A stretch of 64,000 nt of DNA. Origin: Marsupella aquatica. Its lineage: Eukaryota; Plantae; Marchantiophyta. A model generated the notes under the pieces. That model was not told where the DNA came from. It ran no database searches and saw only the letters and a list, made by a program, of their open reading frames with translations. Shown piece by piece: positions 13,001-26,918 of the stretch (within the stretch, counting starts at the first letter, position 1; the number at the start of each line of letters is the position of its first letter). The stretch is taken from contig OZ316898.1 of the NCBI GenBank assembly GCA_973895155.1, positions 12,861,659 through 12,925,658 of the forward strand. The letters run 5' to 3'. Position numbers and translations under genes: made by a program.

Positions 13001-14551
13001 AATTCTGACCCAAAAAATCACAAAACAGCACTCAAAAAATCAAATTAGAAAAATTCCAAAAGTTTTTGCAACCCAAATAAAACCCTAGATTTTAATTTGA
13101 TTTCTTTGACTAAACAAAGTGAATCAATATTTTGACATTTTACTAATTAATGCCTTGTTCAGTCAATATTCTGAGATTTTACTAATTAATGCCAAGTGTT
13201 ACAACTTTATCAGACTTCCAGAGTACTGTGCATCTTCATTTGGGATTGAAAGGGGCAAAGTTGAGGTTTCTTATATTTTTGGTGTAAGTCTCAAACTGGG
13301 AATAAAGGAAAAGTAAAGGATTATAAAAAATATTTTGAAGGGGTAACCATAAATTAAACCTGGATGGACCATGTGGTTTGTGTGCCATGGATGGGATACA
13401 TGCTGCCTCACCTTACACCCAGAACTCACATTGGTTGGCTCTTTGAATGGATGCTTCACTTTTGAGAAGGAAACCACAAGTAGTTTTTCAAGCCTCCTGA
13501 CCAACTGTAGAATGATGGTTATAGGCAAACTAGTGCATCTAAAATATTTAATGCCCAATTGATTTTCCACGGACAAAGTGAGAAAACACTTTGGGTCTGA
13601 AGTATTTTGGAAAACTCAAAGCAAGGTATGCTTTATGAATTTGAAACCTCCTTGGACCACAAGGTTAGTTTTTGAAATCTGAAACTGAAGCCCAGATGGA
13701 CTAAGAACAATACTCCCTTCTTTTCTTCCATTTGTACCCTTTGGTCCTCACTTATTTTCTTCGGACTCGTCATACACAAACAGATATAGGATTTTGTTAT
13801 TGGATTCAGTGGAAGACTTACAAATTTTGTGGAAGAACATGAATGTTGTCTTAATCTAATTTTGAAATGATAAGAATCACTGGGTTTCGAAAACCAAATG
13901 TAAGATTCCTACAATATTCCTCAAAGTTTTGTGTATGAAAATAAATTATTTATTACTTATTTTTCAGGGTATTGGTTATCCAAAAAAATTATGCATGAAC
14001 ACCCCTCTTGGAAGGAGACCCCCCAAGGTCCATCCCCAAAGACAAATACCAACTAACTAAGGGAAACAAAGGGTACAATGGTTATTGTTCTAATGTACAA
14101 GTACAATACCCATTTATTGCACAATTAGGAGGGCAGGGCCCGGCCGGGCACAGATGGCAAGGCCAAGGGCACCCGTGGAGGTGTTTTGGGCCAACCAAAC
14201 AGTGACAGAAAACAAAATTTCTGTAAACAGCCAGGATTGGACATTATATTTTATAGATATATTTACTAATTTTTCCTTGATTCAGTCCAAATTCAAAACA
14301 AACAAAATTAATCATAAACATCCAAATTAACAAATAAGAGTCCCTTTTTAATGGGTCCGGCTTGGCCAGGACTTACAATGTAGAGTACACTTGAAATATT
14401 CATAAATTGCTGTAGGATTAAACAGCGTGTTGAGAGACTTTGAAGAAACAGTCACTATTTTGAAAGGGGACATTAGATTGATTTGCTTCATATCTTTCGA
14501 TTCAAGTGTTCTCCCTATCAGTGTTCTCCCTATTTTTGGATTTGGGCCTGT

Positions 14552-17500
14552 TCAAGCAGCCATCGCTCCAAACCTCATCCTACATTCATTCTCGTACCGC
14601 TGGTACTCCAACTCCATTTGATCGGTCCAGGTACAGAGCTGGTTGAATTCAGCTTCTCTCTCCTAAACCAGAGTAAAATCAAGGCTGATGTAAATTGACT
14701 GAAATGCTTCAATCACTGGACTTGAAAGGTCTTACTCTAATATTAACAAATTTCCGAGTCTGAACAACATGGAGCAGCAGGAGACAATCATGGCAGTTGA
14801 TCATGACATCCTGTTTTTGTTACTGTTCAGTGCCTTCAACTGTCCAACACTGAGGATCACTTCATGGAATGGATCACAGAGAAGATCAAAGCCATTTCTG
14901 ACTAATCGTGAGATGTAGGACGTGGTGACAAACCACTAAGAAAGTTGCAGATAAGTAAATTATTTTGGTACTTCCTTGTTCTCCTTTGATTTGATATTGT
15001 TCCGAAGAGTGCCAAATGTGTTTACTAGCAAGACTACAACCCTGAAGGTATGTGTTTTTCCACGTAACACATACCTTCAATACCAATCTTTCCTGCTGAG
15101 CCTTCTCAATTTGCTTGAGGCGCTCTTTGGATCTGCTCTTCACGTCGATAACCCAAGCCTGTTGCCGTGTGAAGAAGTTGTGCATTGACATCTTCTGTTG
15201 TTCACAAAATTGCTCAGTGGGAGAAGTAACAGATTTTGAAAGTCAAATTCTAAACGAGAGGTGAGGTTATATGGCAGTGGTCTTGGTTTACCAAGTATTT
15301 GAGCTTGCGTTGTCAGTAGGAGTAGCACACCTTATCTCAAGTACATGATTGACGTGCAGTTGGTTTTGTTACTGTTTTTTCTTCAAAGAAAGATGTGAAG
15401 ACTTTCGAGGTGAGGCTGTGCAGATTATCATCTGAGTGCTGAGACCCAAAAACAAATAGCATACCTCTTTGAAAGTAGTCCGGCGAAGACTTCTGGGGAT
15501 CTCTAGTATATGCAGAATTCCCTGAATGTCTCCCACGGCCAGAAATTGTGGCGCTTTACAATGAACATGGCATTCTAATTACTTTCTGTTCTTTACTGTT
15601 CTCAGCTTGAACAGATATTGCACAGGAACTAGGCAAAATTCTGGACAAATACTAGTTCTTTGCAAAAAGCATTGGGCAAGAGTCACGTACAGGATATCCT
15701 CCAAATCTCCATGACAGTGAGTTGGCATGAACACACAGTGGCAATCATGGAGGGCTGATGACTGTGGTCAAGAAGATCCCACACTTCTATGGTACCATCA
15801 ATTAAGCCAATATATATCACTGCAGGCCGTGTCGGGCTCCAGCATCCTGTAGTTAAGTACCCCTCCGCAGACCTCGACACAAAGATAGGTTCCTGTGATC
15901 ACAAATCGTCCCATCAAACACTTGACGTCCTTGAATTAATGTAGTCTTATTAATTTCTCTTGTTGTTCCCTATCCAACTGGACAAAAATAAGCATCTCCA
16001 ACCAGACCCTACGCGTCCAGTTGATATTTCAAGCGCAGTATGCTCTTGGTTCCTGTTCACAAGGATTAGTTCAACAATTCCAGGTTGAACTCTCATCTCA
16101 TTGCGAGCGCATCATGCCACCATCTAATGTAGGCCACAATTCCTTTTCCTTGATCTTCGTCAAATTTGAGGCTTGATGACATCAGATGTCCAAGCCACTT
16201 TTCATGCCCCAAAAGACACGATGAAGAAGAAATGTTCGTTTTTAGTGCTTGTCTAACATGACTCTGGGTCTGGGCAAGGTTTGGATATCGTCTGAGCTAG
16301 ACTTGGAGAGAGGGAGAGTAGCCCCACTTTAAATTAGACAAATTAAAGCAGACTTGAAAGGACAAATATACACAAGCAAATGATTCGAGAATGTCTTACC
16401 GTAACACTGTCCTTCCAAAGGGCGAATGTCCATATTCCAATGGATAATATAACAGTTTTGAAGAAAGGAGAACATAGCAACGCACGCACTGGCCCGTGAT
16501 GACATTCTGTAAGAGATTTGATATTGTCCCCAGGAGGTGCTTGCAAATCTGCATGTAAAATCTCCCCAAACTGCAAACAATTGAACATTGAAGTGAGTTA
16601 TGAAGATCGATGCTGTAAACTCATCCCAATGATCAGTAACGGGAGAAAATTTGTAGATGGCTCTTTGTCTCTGTAAGCATTAGTCTCAGCACTAGTTCAG
16701 GAACTCGAGAGTCTTTATTTCACTTGCGTTTTCGTACTATTTGCCCCTTGCATCAATTGGGCTCGGTAGATTTCGAAAATCAATTCATACTTTGGACAGA
16801 GAACCGAAGTTGAAAAACAGGCTTTGTTCACGGATAGCTTTGCGACGATGCATTACCTCTGTGCTGCAAAAGAATTCAGTGCCGCCAGAAGTAAGTCCAG
16901 CGACAGACATCTTCAGAGGCCCAACAGGCTTGGCGGGAATCATGCACGCCAGTTCAAGTCGAAGCACCGGAGTCCAATTGTACTTTTCTCCTTCTATTGC
17001 AGCCGTCTTCCTTTCGTCGGACCAGTCATTCTGTATATGTGGCACCCCTTTGTGATTGGCGTCCCAGAATATGACCTACTCTTGTTCATCCATGCAGGAT
17101 CATGTCAGTATTGGCGACAGCATACAAGACTAAGGTGATTAAACTTCAATTTGCTTGCGTTCATATTGGGAAATGTTTTCTTGCTAGTCATGAATATTGG
17201 GATCTCAAACAGTATGCCAGGATTCTTGAATCCAGATTTAGAGCTCAGGAGTCAAATGACTTAACCATTCCATCCGCAGAAATAGAGGCAAGTAGCTTGC
17301 TTTGACCCTCATTGCCAATCCTCTGTCCTTTGGCTGTAACCTGCACATGGATCGACGGTACTCAAGCGGCGTTCTGTGGGTTTTCTCGAGCTTCTGCACT
17401 CAAACTAGAATCCGCCAGAACTAACTTTTCTTCTGGAATAAACCCAAATTCTTGGTGCTCTGAATTCCATCTTATATGGATACCAGTGGAACCAATCCCT

Positions 17501-20500
17501 TTCTCTTGAGGGCATATTTCTACAAATGTGAAATTCAGACCCCTTTGGAAAGTTTGAGCTGTCTATTGACATAGATCTGAGGACTCTGTTTTCATTTCCA
17601 TCGCCTCAAGAAGACTAAGTTCAAGAAATGTTCAATGGCCAAGCTTCCAATATCTTTGCTTGTAGTATGCAGGTTTGTACAAAATCCTTTTGATGGTATC
17701 TCTAGTTCTAAATGTTTCATGATATGTCATGTGAAGTTAGCACTTCATGACGAAACTTCCCGTTATTTTCTCAACTCTGAAGGGTAGGAATAAAGCTGGC
17801 TGAAGCACCTGAAAGTCTTGAGGTAACCAGTGAATATCTGATACAATGCTGGTATGTGACTGACTTGCACTACTGAGGAGATGCATCAGCACTAGGACAG
17901 CTTTTTCCCCCGACTTTTTGGCGTCTTTGTCTTCAACGGATCTCTTATGCTTTCTGTCAACCATTTCCTGTGCGGCTGAAAGGTCCCACAAGATGACCTA
18001 CGAAACAAGCACAAAATAGTTGCAAAGCCAGGAATTAAGTATTGTTTAAATCCTGATTGTATTATTTAACAAAAAGAACAATCTGTTGACAAGGAGCTGC
18101 TTAGAAATCCGTGATGAACAATGACAGCATTTCCAAAACTACAGTAAACGCATCGCTCTGGAATCATCTCAAATGGGGACTTATGAACAAGTAGTGTCCA
18201 GAATATCAGATACCTGACCATTATAGCAGCCGCCAGCAACAAGCGTCGAGTTTGTGGGGTTGAAACGTAGGCTGAAGATATCAGAGGCAGACTCGAGAGC
18301 CATCTGCAAGGACATACTGCAACTCTTCATTTTCCAACAATCGTGATACTTACAAAATGGAATCTGCCAAAGGAATTCACTTACTGTTCATCTTATTCGT
18401 TTTGAGGCACTTGTTGACTACCTGCGGGTGAATGGGATCAAGAAAGCTCCAAACAAGAACATGAGAATCACTTGGCTTTCCAGCAATTTGCATCCTCTCA
18501 TCGAAGGATTTTGAATCTGAAATGGCTGCTGCAACAACTCCATTCCTGCCGGGCATCCAATCGCAGGCCGAAACCATTTTTGACCTACCATAGGTGATAT
18601 CTGAGAAGGATTGATACTCCTGCGGTTCAAAAGAATAGAACATTCGAATTATGAATTACTTACATGCCGTCAAGTCCAACCGAGATAAGACCATAATAAG
18701 TTGCGAATAATTTGCATGTGAGAGGACTTGGCTTCGAGAAACTACATTGATCAAGTTCATATGTATCTTGCTGAGCTGAGCCTATACAAAGCATACGCGA
18801 GTATATACTCTAGAATATGGACCTCGTACTCACGGTAATGGCAGTAGTGGTCTTATCTCCGAGCTGGTAGTCTTCGTCTGCAAAACTTGAGAAGTCGTCC
18901 TCATACATGTCCATCACCTCATTCTGCTGCAGTGCATCCACGTATCTGGCCCAACGTCATTGCATAGTTTCAATGTTACTTGGAGATCTTTGTAGTATAT
19001 TATTGGACGTTATGTATAGACTTGCAGACGTAATCCAACGATTTAAAGGCACTCGAAGAATCTTACAATGGCCTGGAAAATTTCAGAAAAGCTGCCATAT
19101 CAACGCTCCCAATTATTCTTTTCATAGGCTCTTCATCAAATTGTCGAAATTCATATTGAGCAAAATTGTTTCTCGCTCGCAGCCTGCATCAACGAAACAG
19201 AGTGACATCAAGGATCATAAGCTGACGGCCATTGCATTAGCAGTTGTTCTAAATGTTGTTTAATCTCATTCGGAGGCCAGTTGAGTAGGAGTATTTGCTA
19301 TTAAATGCGGACTACAGTTCTTATTCTCGCAACTCCACTACATGACACCAGGTTAATAGTTGAAGATTTGGACATACTGAATGGTTTGAGCAGCCTTGTG
19401 CTTCACAATGGGGATAGCAGAGCAGCCAATGTCTTGCTCTAAGAAAAATTTGTCAAAGGAGGGATCTTTAAAAGGCCGACACTCCATCTGACTGCTGCTC
19501 CAGGTCTCCTGTTGCGTTAGAATCAAGGGCGTGTTTAGTTACTTCGTACGGTCAAACCTATGACAATACGTGGAGGGCCATAGAATACAATTGACGGTGA
19601 TGGAAGACCCTATTCTCAAAGTTGCAAGGCTAGCTATTGGAGAAGTTCCTGAACATGCCAAGTTTCTACAAAAGGTTACAGCTTGCTCAATCAATCACGT
19701 CTACTTTGGGATGGTGAATTGATAGGTGATCAGCATACCATTGCATCCCGATCCTTGAGCGTTATCTTAGAATAAAAGTCTTTGCGTTTGCGAGAGGCTC
19801 TCGTAACAATCTGCAAAGGAAGTTCGTTTAGTTATGTTAGATGAACAAATCCTTCCGCCATTAGCATGGATTAGAGAAAGAGTGTCCTAGGCAACTGGAC
19901 AGATCTGAAAAAATGCACAAGGTACTTTCTTAAGACTGCAAAGAGTCACACAGATTTCTGGCTGCGAAATTTGATATCATGTATGTAGGATTGAGAAATC
20001 TCATCTAGAATGGATTAAAGGAATGGTACCTTACAGGGGGTCTGGAAGCTTTCACAGTCTCTGCTTCTACTTCGATGTCACTTCCTAGATTTTCCCAACA
20101 CTTTGGCCCGAACAATTCCTCTTGGACCTTTATGGCTGTTTGAATATCCTGTTTCCAATAGCAATTTCATTCAGTAGATGTACTTCTTCAATACACCCTC
20201 TGCAGAATCTAGCCCAGTAACTTGATGGTGCCATCAGGAGTAAGATTTCCATTTCAATTTTCACTCAAAAATACTGAACCACATTGACAAAGTATTCAAC
20301 TCACCGAGAGCAGCTTCTCCCGTGAATCATAATTCGCAAAGATTTCGAAGTTGTGACCGTTGAGATACCTGTCATCCGTTATGAATCGGAAGGTGAAAAA
20401 CTCTTCCCAGTAATTCTGCCACGAAAATGCAATGCAGCAGCGTAAGACAACCTCTGGGTTGAATCTCATCAAACTGAAAGATCAAAATTTGTGAAACATA

Positions 20501-21426
20501 GCAAGTGATATCCAAGACTCACAGAACAACTAATAATTTCAGCAAGTGCAGATGATCTACCCTCAAAACGGGAATGAGCTTCGAGTATGGAATCTTTGCG
20601 CGACACTAAGATTCTCTTACAAGTTGTAGAAAACTCGTCTCCGAGTAAGCGAAAGAATAGCACACACAAGAACTGGAAACCTAACATATCTGGACAGGCT
20701 GTGAAGATCTAGATGTCAAGAACAGGGGCCGAATGGCCATCCTGGTCCTTAGCTGAAGAAATTTTCGGGTTACCATCAGCAAAACTCATGATTGAGTGAA
20801 TGAGGGAGTGGATGAATGAGTAGTATTTCAGATCAAGCAAATTTTGGCATCACCAGCCGGAATATGAATTGAGGGGACGAAATGAGCACCTGCAATTGAC
20901 CCTTAAGCTTGTAAAACTCCGAGGCTTTCCCTCGAGTATTAATGTCGTCGAAAACCTTTTTTGCAGAGACAAGGTGCAAACTCTCATGTTTGGCTCCCTC
21001 AACATACAGGCCCACAATTTCACATGTGACGTCGCTGATGAACAAGGAGAGCACGCCTGGAGGGTGCTTGGCGGGCTCTTTCACGACCTCCGGAGGCGGC
21101 GTCGGCGGTGGTGTCGGGCCTTTCCTCTTGCCTATGTCCGAAGCGGAGGGAATCGGAATGTTCAGGTCACTCAAGCTCAGGTCCCGACTCATGGAGCGTC
21201 TCTCTCCTGGCGGCCCTGGTGCCCCTGGAGCTTCTGCTGGAACTTCATCAAGGGGCTTGGACTCAGTTTTGGGAGGCAATTCTGCAGGAGAAGAGCCATC
21301 TGCTGGTGGAGCAGGAGCAGGAGCTGGAGCAGGAGCAGCTTCTGGTGCTGCACCATCGACGGGGGGAGGAGGAGGAGCATCGGTTGGTAAAGGAGCAGGT
21401 GGCAGTGCAACCTCTGCACTCGCCAT
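14552..21426 (-). CDS. DNAI3: Axonemal inner-arm dynein (I1/f) intermediate chain, WD40 protein WDR63/IC140-like; multi-exon
   Basis: Exons read PKCWENLGSDIEVEAETV, SSSQMECRPFKDP, EYQSFSDITY..VLVWSFLDPIHPQ, LRFNPTNSTLVAGGCYNGQ, SHTSIVSDIHWLP, HHGPVRALLCSPFF, GCWSPTRPAV..GTIEVWDLLD, LAVGDIQGILHILEIP; last exon ends RMRFGAMAA* at 14552. Not all junctions resolved. Confidence 0.85.
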
Positions 21427-21570
21427 GGCTGATTTTCCCTCTTCAACGGCAGTCCAGATGTCCTTGATTGAACTCTATCCGTTTCGCTTGAGTTTCACCG
21501 CCGAACCCAATCGATTTCTGTGTCTGCGAACCATTTCAGCTTAACTCAATTCACCGCCCTCTGTTAGGGT

Positions 21571-21750
21571 TCTCTTTCTGATTGTCATTCTTTCAGTTCC
21601 TCGTCTGTGGCTGTTCAGAAAGCAAATTAATTAAGTTCTCTTTGTGTGTACTATCTGAATTCTCTTTCTGATTGTCATTCTTTCAGTTCCTCGTCTATGG
21701 CTGTTCAGAAAGCAAATTAATAAAGTTCTCTTTGTGTGTACTATCTGAAT
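21571..21750. repeat. Near-perfect 90-bp tandem duplication just upstream of the DNAI3 start
   Basis: TCTCTTTCTGATTGTC...CTATCTGAAT at 21571-21660 and 21661-21750, 2 mismatches. Confidence 0.9.
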
Positions 21751-23707
21751 GCAATCCACTTCATTTTTCTCTCTGTGGTCTTTCTATGGGCACCCCAATT
21801 CGTTTCCCGCTCCTCTCTGTGGGCATTCTAAAATGCAGTTCAATTCGTTTCTTTGTCGGCGGCTTTCTAACTGCAATCTGAATCATACTCTTCGTTGTCG
21901 ACTTTCACATAGGAATCAAATGCAATCCAATTTACGTGCGTGCTTGTCCACTGTCGAATTCGTTTCCTTGACCACTCTCTGGCCGTTAATTATTCAGTTG
22001 CCTCTCTGTGAACTTCGAATTGCAACCCAATTCATTTGATTTCCCCCTCGCTGGACTTTATGAGTGCGATCCGATCAATTCCCCTGTCTATGAACTTTCC
22101 GCATAGCTACTCGATTTATTTCTCCATCTCTGAAATGAACCCATTCGTTTCCTTGGTTTGGAGCCAAGACTTCCCAATCTTGAGCAAGGACGATAATTTC
22201 GGAGCCGATTATAATTGACGAATGAAATGCATCCCTATCTAAACAGATAATCTAGTTCATTCGTGGCCGAGATATCTCTCCACTTGATCAATCATGGATT
22301 ACAGAAGTCAAGGCTCCGCTTCGTGCATGGGCGTTAAGAATTTCCGAGCCACAAGTAACTGACTTCTATTTAATTCCATTCCAAATAATATGTGGGTACA
22401 TTCGTATGAATGCCCCCAAAGTACAATATTGACAGATTATCTACTATTCAATCTGAATGATTCATCCAGAAATCAGCCGCAGAAAACAATGATATACGAA
22501 GGCTACTGCCACTACGATAGATGAATTATAGCGAAAATCTATCTATGCCACCGAATTATCCGGAAGAAAGCAAACCGCTTTAGGTGAATCTTCTATATCA
22601 CCTTTCAACGCTGTCCCGTTAAAGTCAATTTTGGAATGGAAGCGCCATCAGCTACTTCATGAGGTTAGTCTTCGGTCTCCTAAAGTCATCACTCCCCAGC
22701 TCCCACCGAACTACAGTACAATACTACCATAACCGAGCTCGATACAAAAATTGCATGAATTCTGACGGTAGCACGGTGGAAGTAATAGCGATTCCTGTTC
22801 AAAGCTGTGTTTAAAGAATACGGCGTTGTTGAGGAATTACAGAGTTGTACAGAGTTGGCCGTCATGTCATCAACAGTAGTACAACAGCTGGAGCGACTCG
22901 AGAGGTCTTTACGAAAGGAGCTGATCACGCGCGAGAGTGTCCTGAAAACCTTCAAATTTCGTAGAGAGGTCTGCCGTCGAATTGGTTCTGGAGATTGTTG
23001 ATATTTTCCGACGGGAATAGTGAACGCCCCCCTTACTTATTGGTTTCCTAAAAGAAAGTGGATGTGCCTACTATCTTCGTTGTCAGAATGTCAGAGACAC
23101 CAAGTCGAGGTTCTGGACATTGTTCATCCTGTCCTAAGAAAAGGTACTGATTGCACGCCCTTACTTGCCTGTTTGCTAAGAATGTGAATGCGAATGTGCC
23201 TGTGGACAACGTTGTGGACCAGGGCAATCACGTCTCATCTCTGCTCGTCCGCGACGTAATAAAATCCTACAAACTCTCTTCGTCGACTTGGAGGGAACGA
23301 AGAACAAACCAGAGGAAAAAGTCGCACAGAGGACTAACGAAAGATTTGGAGATAGATCTCTTTTGAGAATATTGACCGAAAAAATTTATGTCTAATGATT
23401 CCTAGAACGAGACAAGGGCCAGCCAAAACCCTAGCCAGAAAAACGAAAGATGGCAAAAACTCATCTAAAGGCTGAGAAAGGTAATCTGAAGACGAGGAGA
23501 GGTTCGTAAGCGGGATATTAATCTCCCAAACCTCTCCATTGCAAGAGGAACTGTTCTGGTTCGGAAGAATATTATTTTGTGGATGGTTACTCTTATAAAG
23601 TGTTTGATATTGATATGACTGACCGTGGAGGTCGCCTAATTATTCACTGACCTGTGGATATTCTGTGGGCTGTTCGAGGTCGTCCCTGCAGACCGTCAGC
23701 TTCCACC

Positions 23708-25978
23708 ATGAAGAACGCATCCCCTGCGGTGGGATCTCTCATCTGTTTACTTCTTATCGTTCCGGCCTTGTGCTCAGCTGGTGGAATTCTTAGCAGCTCT
23801 GTCGAAGAGTGCCTAGAATTTCTTCATCGGCATATGCCGGAGGAGGACATAGGACTGCTAGACCACGGATTTCTCACAACGAATGTCCAATACGCTCTGA
23901 AGGCGCGCGAGCTGACGCCCTGGGGGGCGAGCAGTGTGCCATGGGAGCTCTTTCTCAACGACGTGCTGCCCTACGCCGTTTTGAACGAGAGGCGGGACGA
24001 CTGGCGCCCCTTCTTTTTCGATTCACTCTCGCCATTGGTCTTCGGCACGGCAAGCATTGAAGAAGCAGCGTCTGTGATCAACTCCCGGATATGGAGCTTG
24101 TGGGGTTTGACGTTTGTAGGCGGCCAAACGCCACAGACAATGTCGCCTTTCCAGGTGCTGAGTGCAGGCAATGCTAGCTGCACCGGCATGTCGATCTTGA
24201 TGGTGGATGCCCTGCGCAGCGTTGGAGTTCCTGCACGAGTTGTCGGGTAAGCTAGAGCAACAGAAATCCATTCATTTCCTGAATTCCGCCTCAATTGAAC
24301 AGCAGTAAGTTGTGTGCATACACAATTTCCAGATCTCTGCCTCTATAGAAGCGCTTAGGACCTTCTCGGATGGTGCTTTTAATTTTCTTCCTTCCCCTGA
24401 AACTCTCTTCAATTGGAGCACGAGTTGTTCAACTCTAAACACACGCAATCCAGATCTATGCTTTCGTATTTTACGCATAGGGACCTTCTCGGGTTATCCA
24501 TGATGCAGAATATGACAGGGTGGGTCTGGATGACTTGCCTTAAGGTCACAGAGGAGAGCTTTTCTTTTTCCACCAGATTTGACCCATCAACTGAGGAGCG
24601 GTTTGGCAAGTCTGAGTGAATTCAGAGAGGTGGGAGACATTCCCAATCGCCCATACCCGACTTCATTCCTCCTCAAAGCTTGAGGATGCATCCTGGCTTC
24701 TGAGCTGTCAGTAGTTTGCTAGCATCACAAAATCCAGCTGAAATTTCTTGGCTAAAAATTAATTCGGGTACAATGAACTTTCTGAGAGAAACGTGTAACA
24801 ACTTTACTCGAAGGAACTGATTGCGGTAATATTTGAAAGTGTTTCTCCAATCGGATCGAGTTCTTTTAACACCCCGGGCTATTGTTGGACCTGTGTGATG
24901 TATTAGAGTCTGGCTGGATATGTCTCTGAACTCTGTCTCTCTTGGATGATCTGACCTCTGTCTCTCTTGGATGATCATCACGGGAGGGTTTGAAGGTTGT
25001 GCATTCACGGAGCCATTAATCTCCCTGCTATTAATTTCTCTTATCCAGGGAAAACTGCAGAGTTATCTCCGAATGGCGGGGCTCTCATGACCTGCCTCCC
25101 TGATTGATTAGGATATTTGATCGATAATTGGTTGGATCTCTGAAATTTGTTGAACAAAGGTGCTTGCACAAACGATCGGACTGAGCCTTTCCTCTCTGAT
25201 CGTCTCGGGATGAGCTGAGGGCAGACTTACAGTTGACAGCTCTGACTGGCTTCCTTGCATGTATTTGTGATCAGGACGCCGGAATGGAACGATGGGTCTG
25301 GTGGGAACCACGACTGGGTGGAAGTCTGGTACGATCAAGAGTGGCACTTCATCGATGCGTTTGATGGCACGAAATTCGATGAGGGTTGGTTCGTGCCAGC
25401 TCCTGTCAAATACCAGCGACCCAACAGCGGGTGAGTAAGAGTCGTGGGATTATTTAGATTTTCTTCAGTCACCAGCTTCGCGGATCAATGTTCTCACTCA
25501 CCGCTGCACTAGTACCGATCAGTTTAGTTCGAGCTTCGTTTTCATGTGCCTGTTTGTTTCATGACTGTGTTGCTGCATTGCCGTCGTCAATTACCTCCAA
25601 ATGGCAGATATAAGGACTGGGCACTGGCCGAGGCACTGGCTGACTTGCTGAGTGTGCATGCTCCACAGCAATCACAGCATTTATGCGTCGTCTTTCCAAC
25701 CTACAGCAGAAGATGTCCATTTCCCGTTAGCTTGGGACTTCGAGGACCTTTCCGTGCCAGGCTTGGATGTTACGCAATGGTATCTTGACTTCATCAAGCA
25801 GCATAAGGAAGCCGATTGCGAGAAGCTCAACTCCCATGAAGCTGTGACAGCAAACTTGATCAAACTTCTTTTGAGGGTTTTGAGCTCTTTGTCTAAAATT
25901 CCTCGTGCGTGTAGTTCTTCGGTGCACATTGGAGAAAGATATTGGTGCAGAATATCCATATCATTCACGGAGAATTGA
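23708..25978 (+). CDS. Secreted transglutaminase-like superfamily protein; exons 23708-24246, 25275-25430, 25669-~25978
   Basis: Signal-peptide-like N-terminus; ELFLNDVLPY..NERRDDWR, GNASCTGMSILMVDALRSVGVPARVVG|TPEW, GNHDWVEVW..WHFID give a Cys-His-Asp triad; phase-2 GT-AG introns keep frame; 3' end uncertain. Confidence 0.8.
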
Positions 25979-26918
25979 TCGAGAACCAGTAGAATGTGAT
26001 TGAACAGATAATTTGCCTTTTAGTGTCAAATTTTGGCAAAACAGTTCCATCCCAATTTGGGCCTTCATCTCGATCGGGAGAATATTTCACGGTGGGTAAT
26101 TGAAGAGGAGCTTGGAATGTCACAAAATGGACTTTCTATTCCCAAGAAATTTGATGTTTTCTCTCTTTATGATCAGTCCCATGTTTGAGAGGTAGAAGCC
26201 AAGGAGAATGGCATTTGCAAGGAGTTGTTTCAATCAGGCACACCTACTTATGGTACAATAGGACTCAAATTAATGTGTCCATCAGGATAGTGATAGTGTC
26301 TGGGGTCGTCTCAGCATCCTCACATCTAGGATGAGTCGCGCAGGGAACATTCTGATGAAGAAGCTGTACCTTTCTTCTAAATGTATTTTAATGTGGAAAC
26401 AAACCTCAATTGTTGCCTGTTGACCCTATTACCATTGAGAGTGGTATGGCGTTAACTAATCTGCGTTGCATACTGTACAAGATTGACCAAGCTGGTGCCT
26501 GATATCTAGTTCATTTATCTAGATCATAAGTCTAGTATTGGTTGTTTCTTTAAAATGGCTTGCGGAACACGGTTCTCAAATCCATTTACTTCTGTCGATC
26601 ATGAGAATCATTCTGAAGTGGCTTTCTTTCTGCTCTTTCTGAAGAACCGCCCTACTTTAGACTATATACATACCCCAAAAATTTCGAACCCTTAGTGACG
26701 ATTTTAGAAGAATGCAGGTGCGTCTTGTCCATAATCAATCTCTTGGGAGTACCCATTCAGGATTCTGCGACAACTGGGCAGGAATCTGGTACTGTTGGTT
26801 TCATTGGTTCTGTAGATGGGAGTGCGGACCTCCTGTTCATGTCTCCCGGGTAGGCGCCCTCTGTTTTTTGGCAGTTTGATATATCCTGTTCGATGATAAA
26901 TAAACTCAACCTTTCATG

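Noticed and set aside
6450-14400. AT-richer DNA flanking the copia element, weakly similar to 1300-2450 and ~58080 (GAAACTGAAGCCYAGATGGAC-like motif)
   Set aside because: Probably an older TE hosting the copia, but termini and coding motifs could not be defined
20869-21544. + strand ORFs of 173 and 200 aa
   Set aside because: Antisense to the GC-rich DNAI3 first exon
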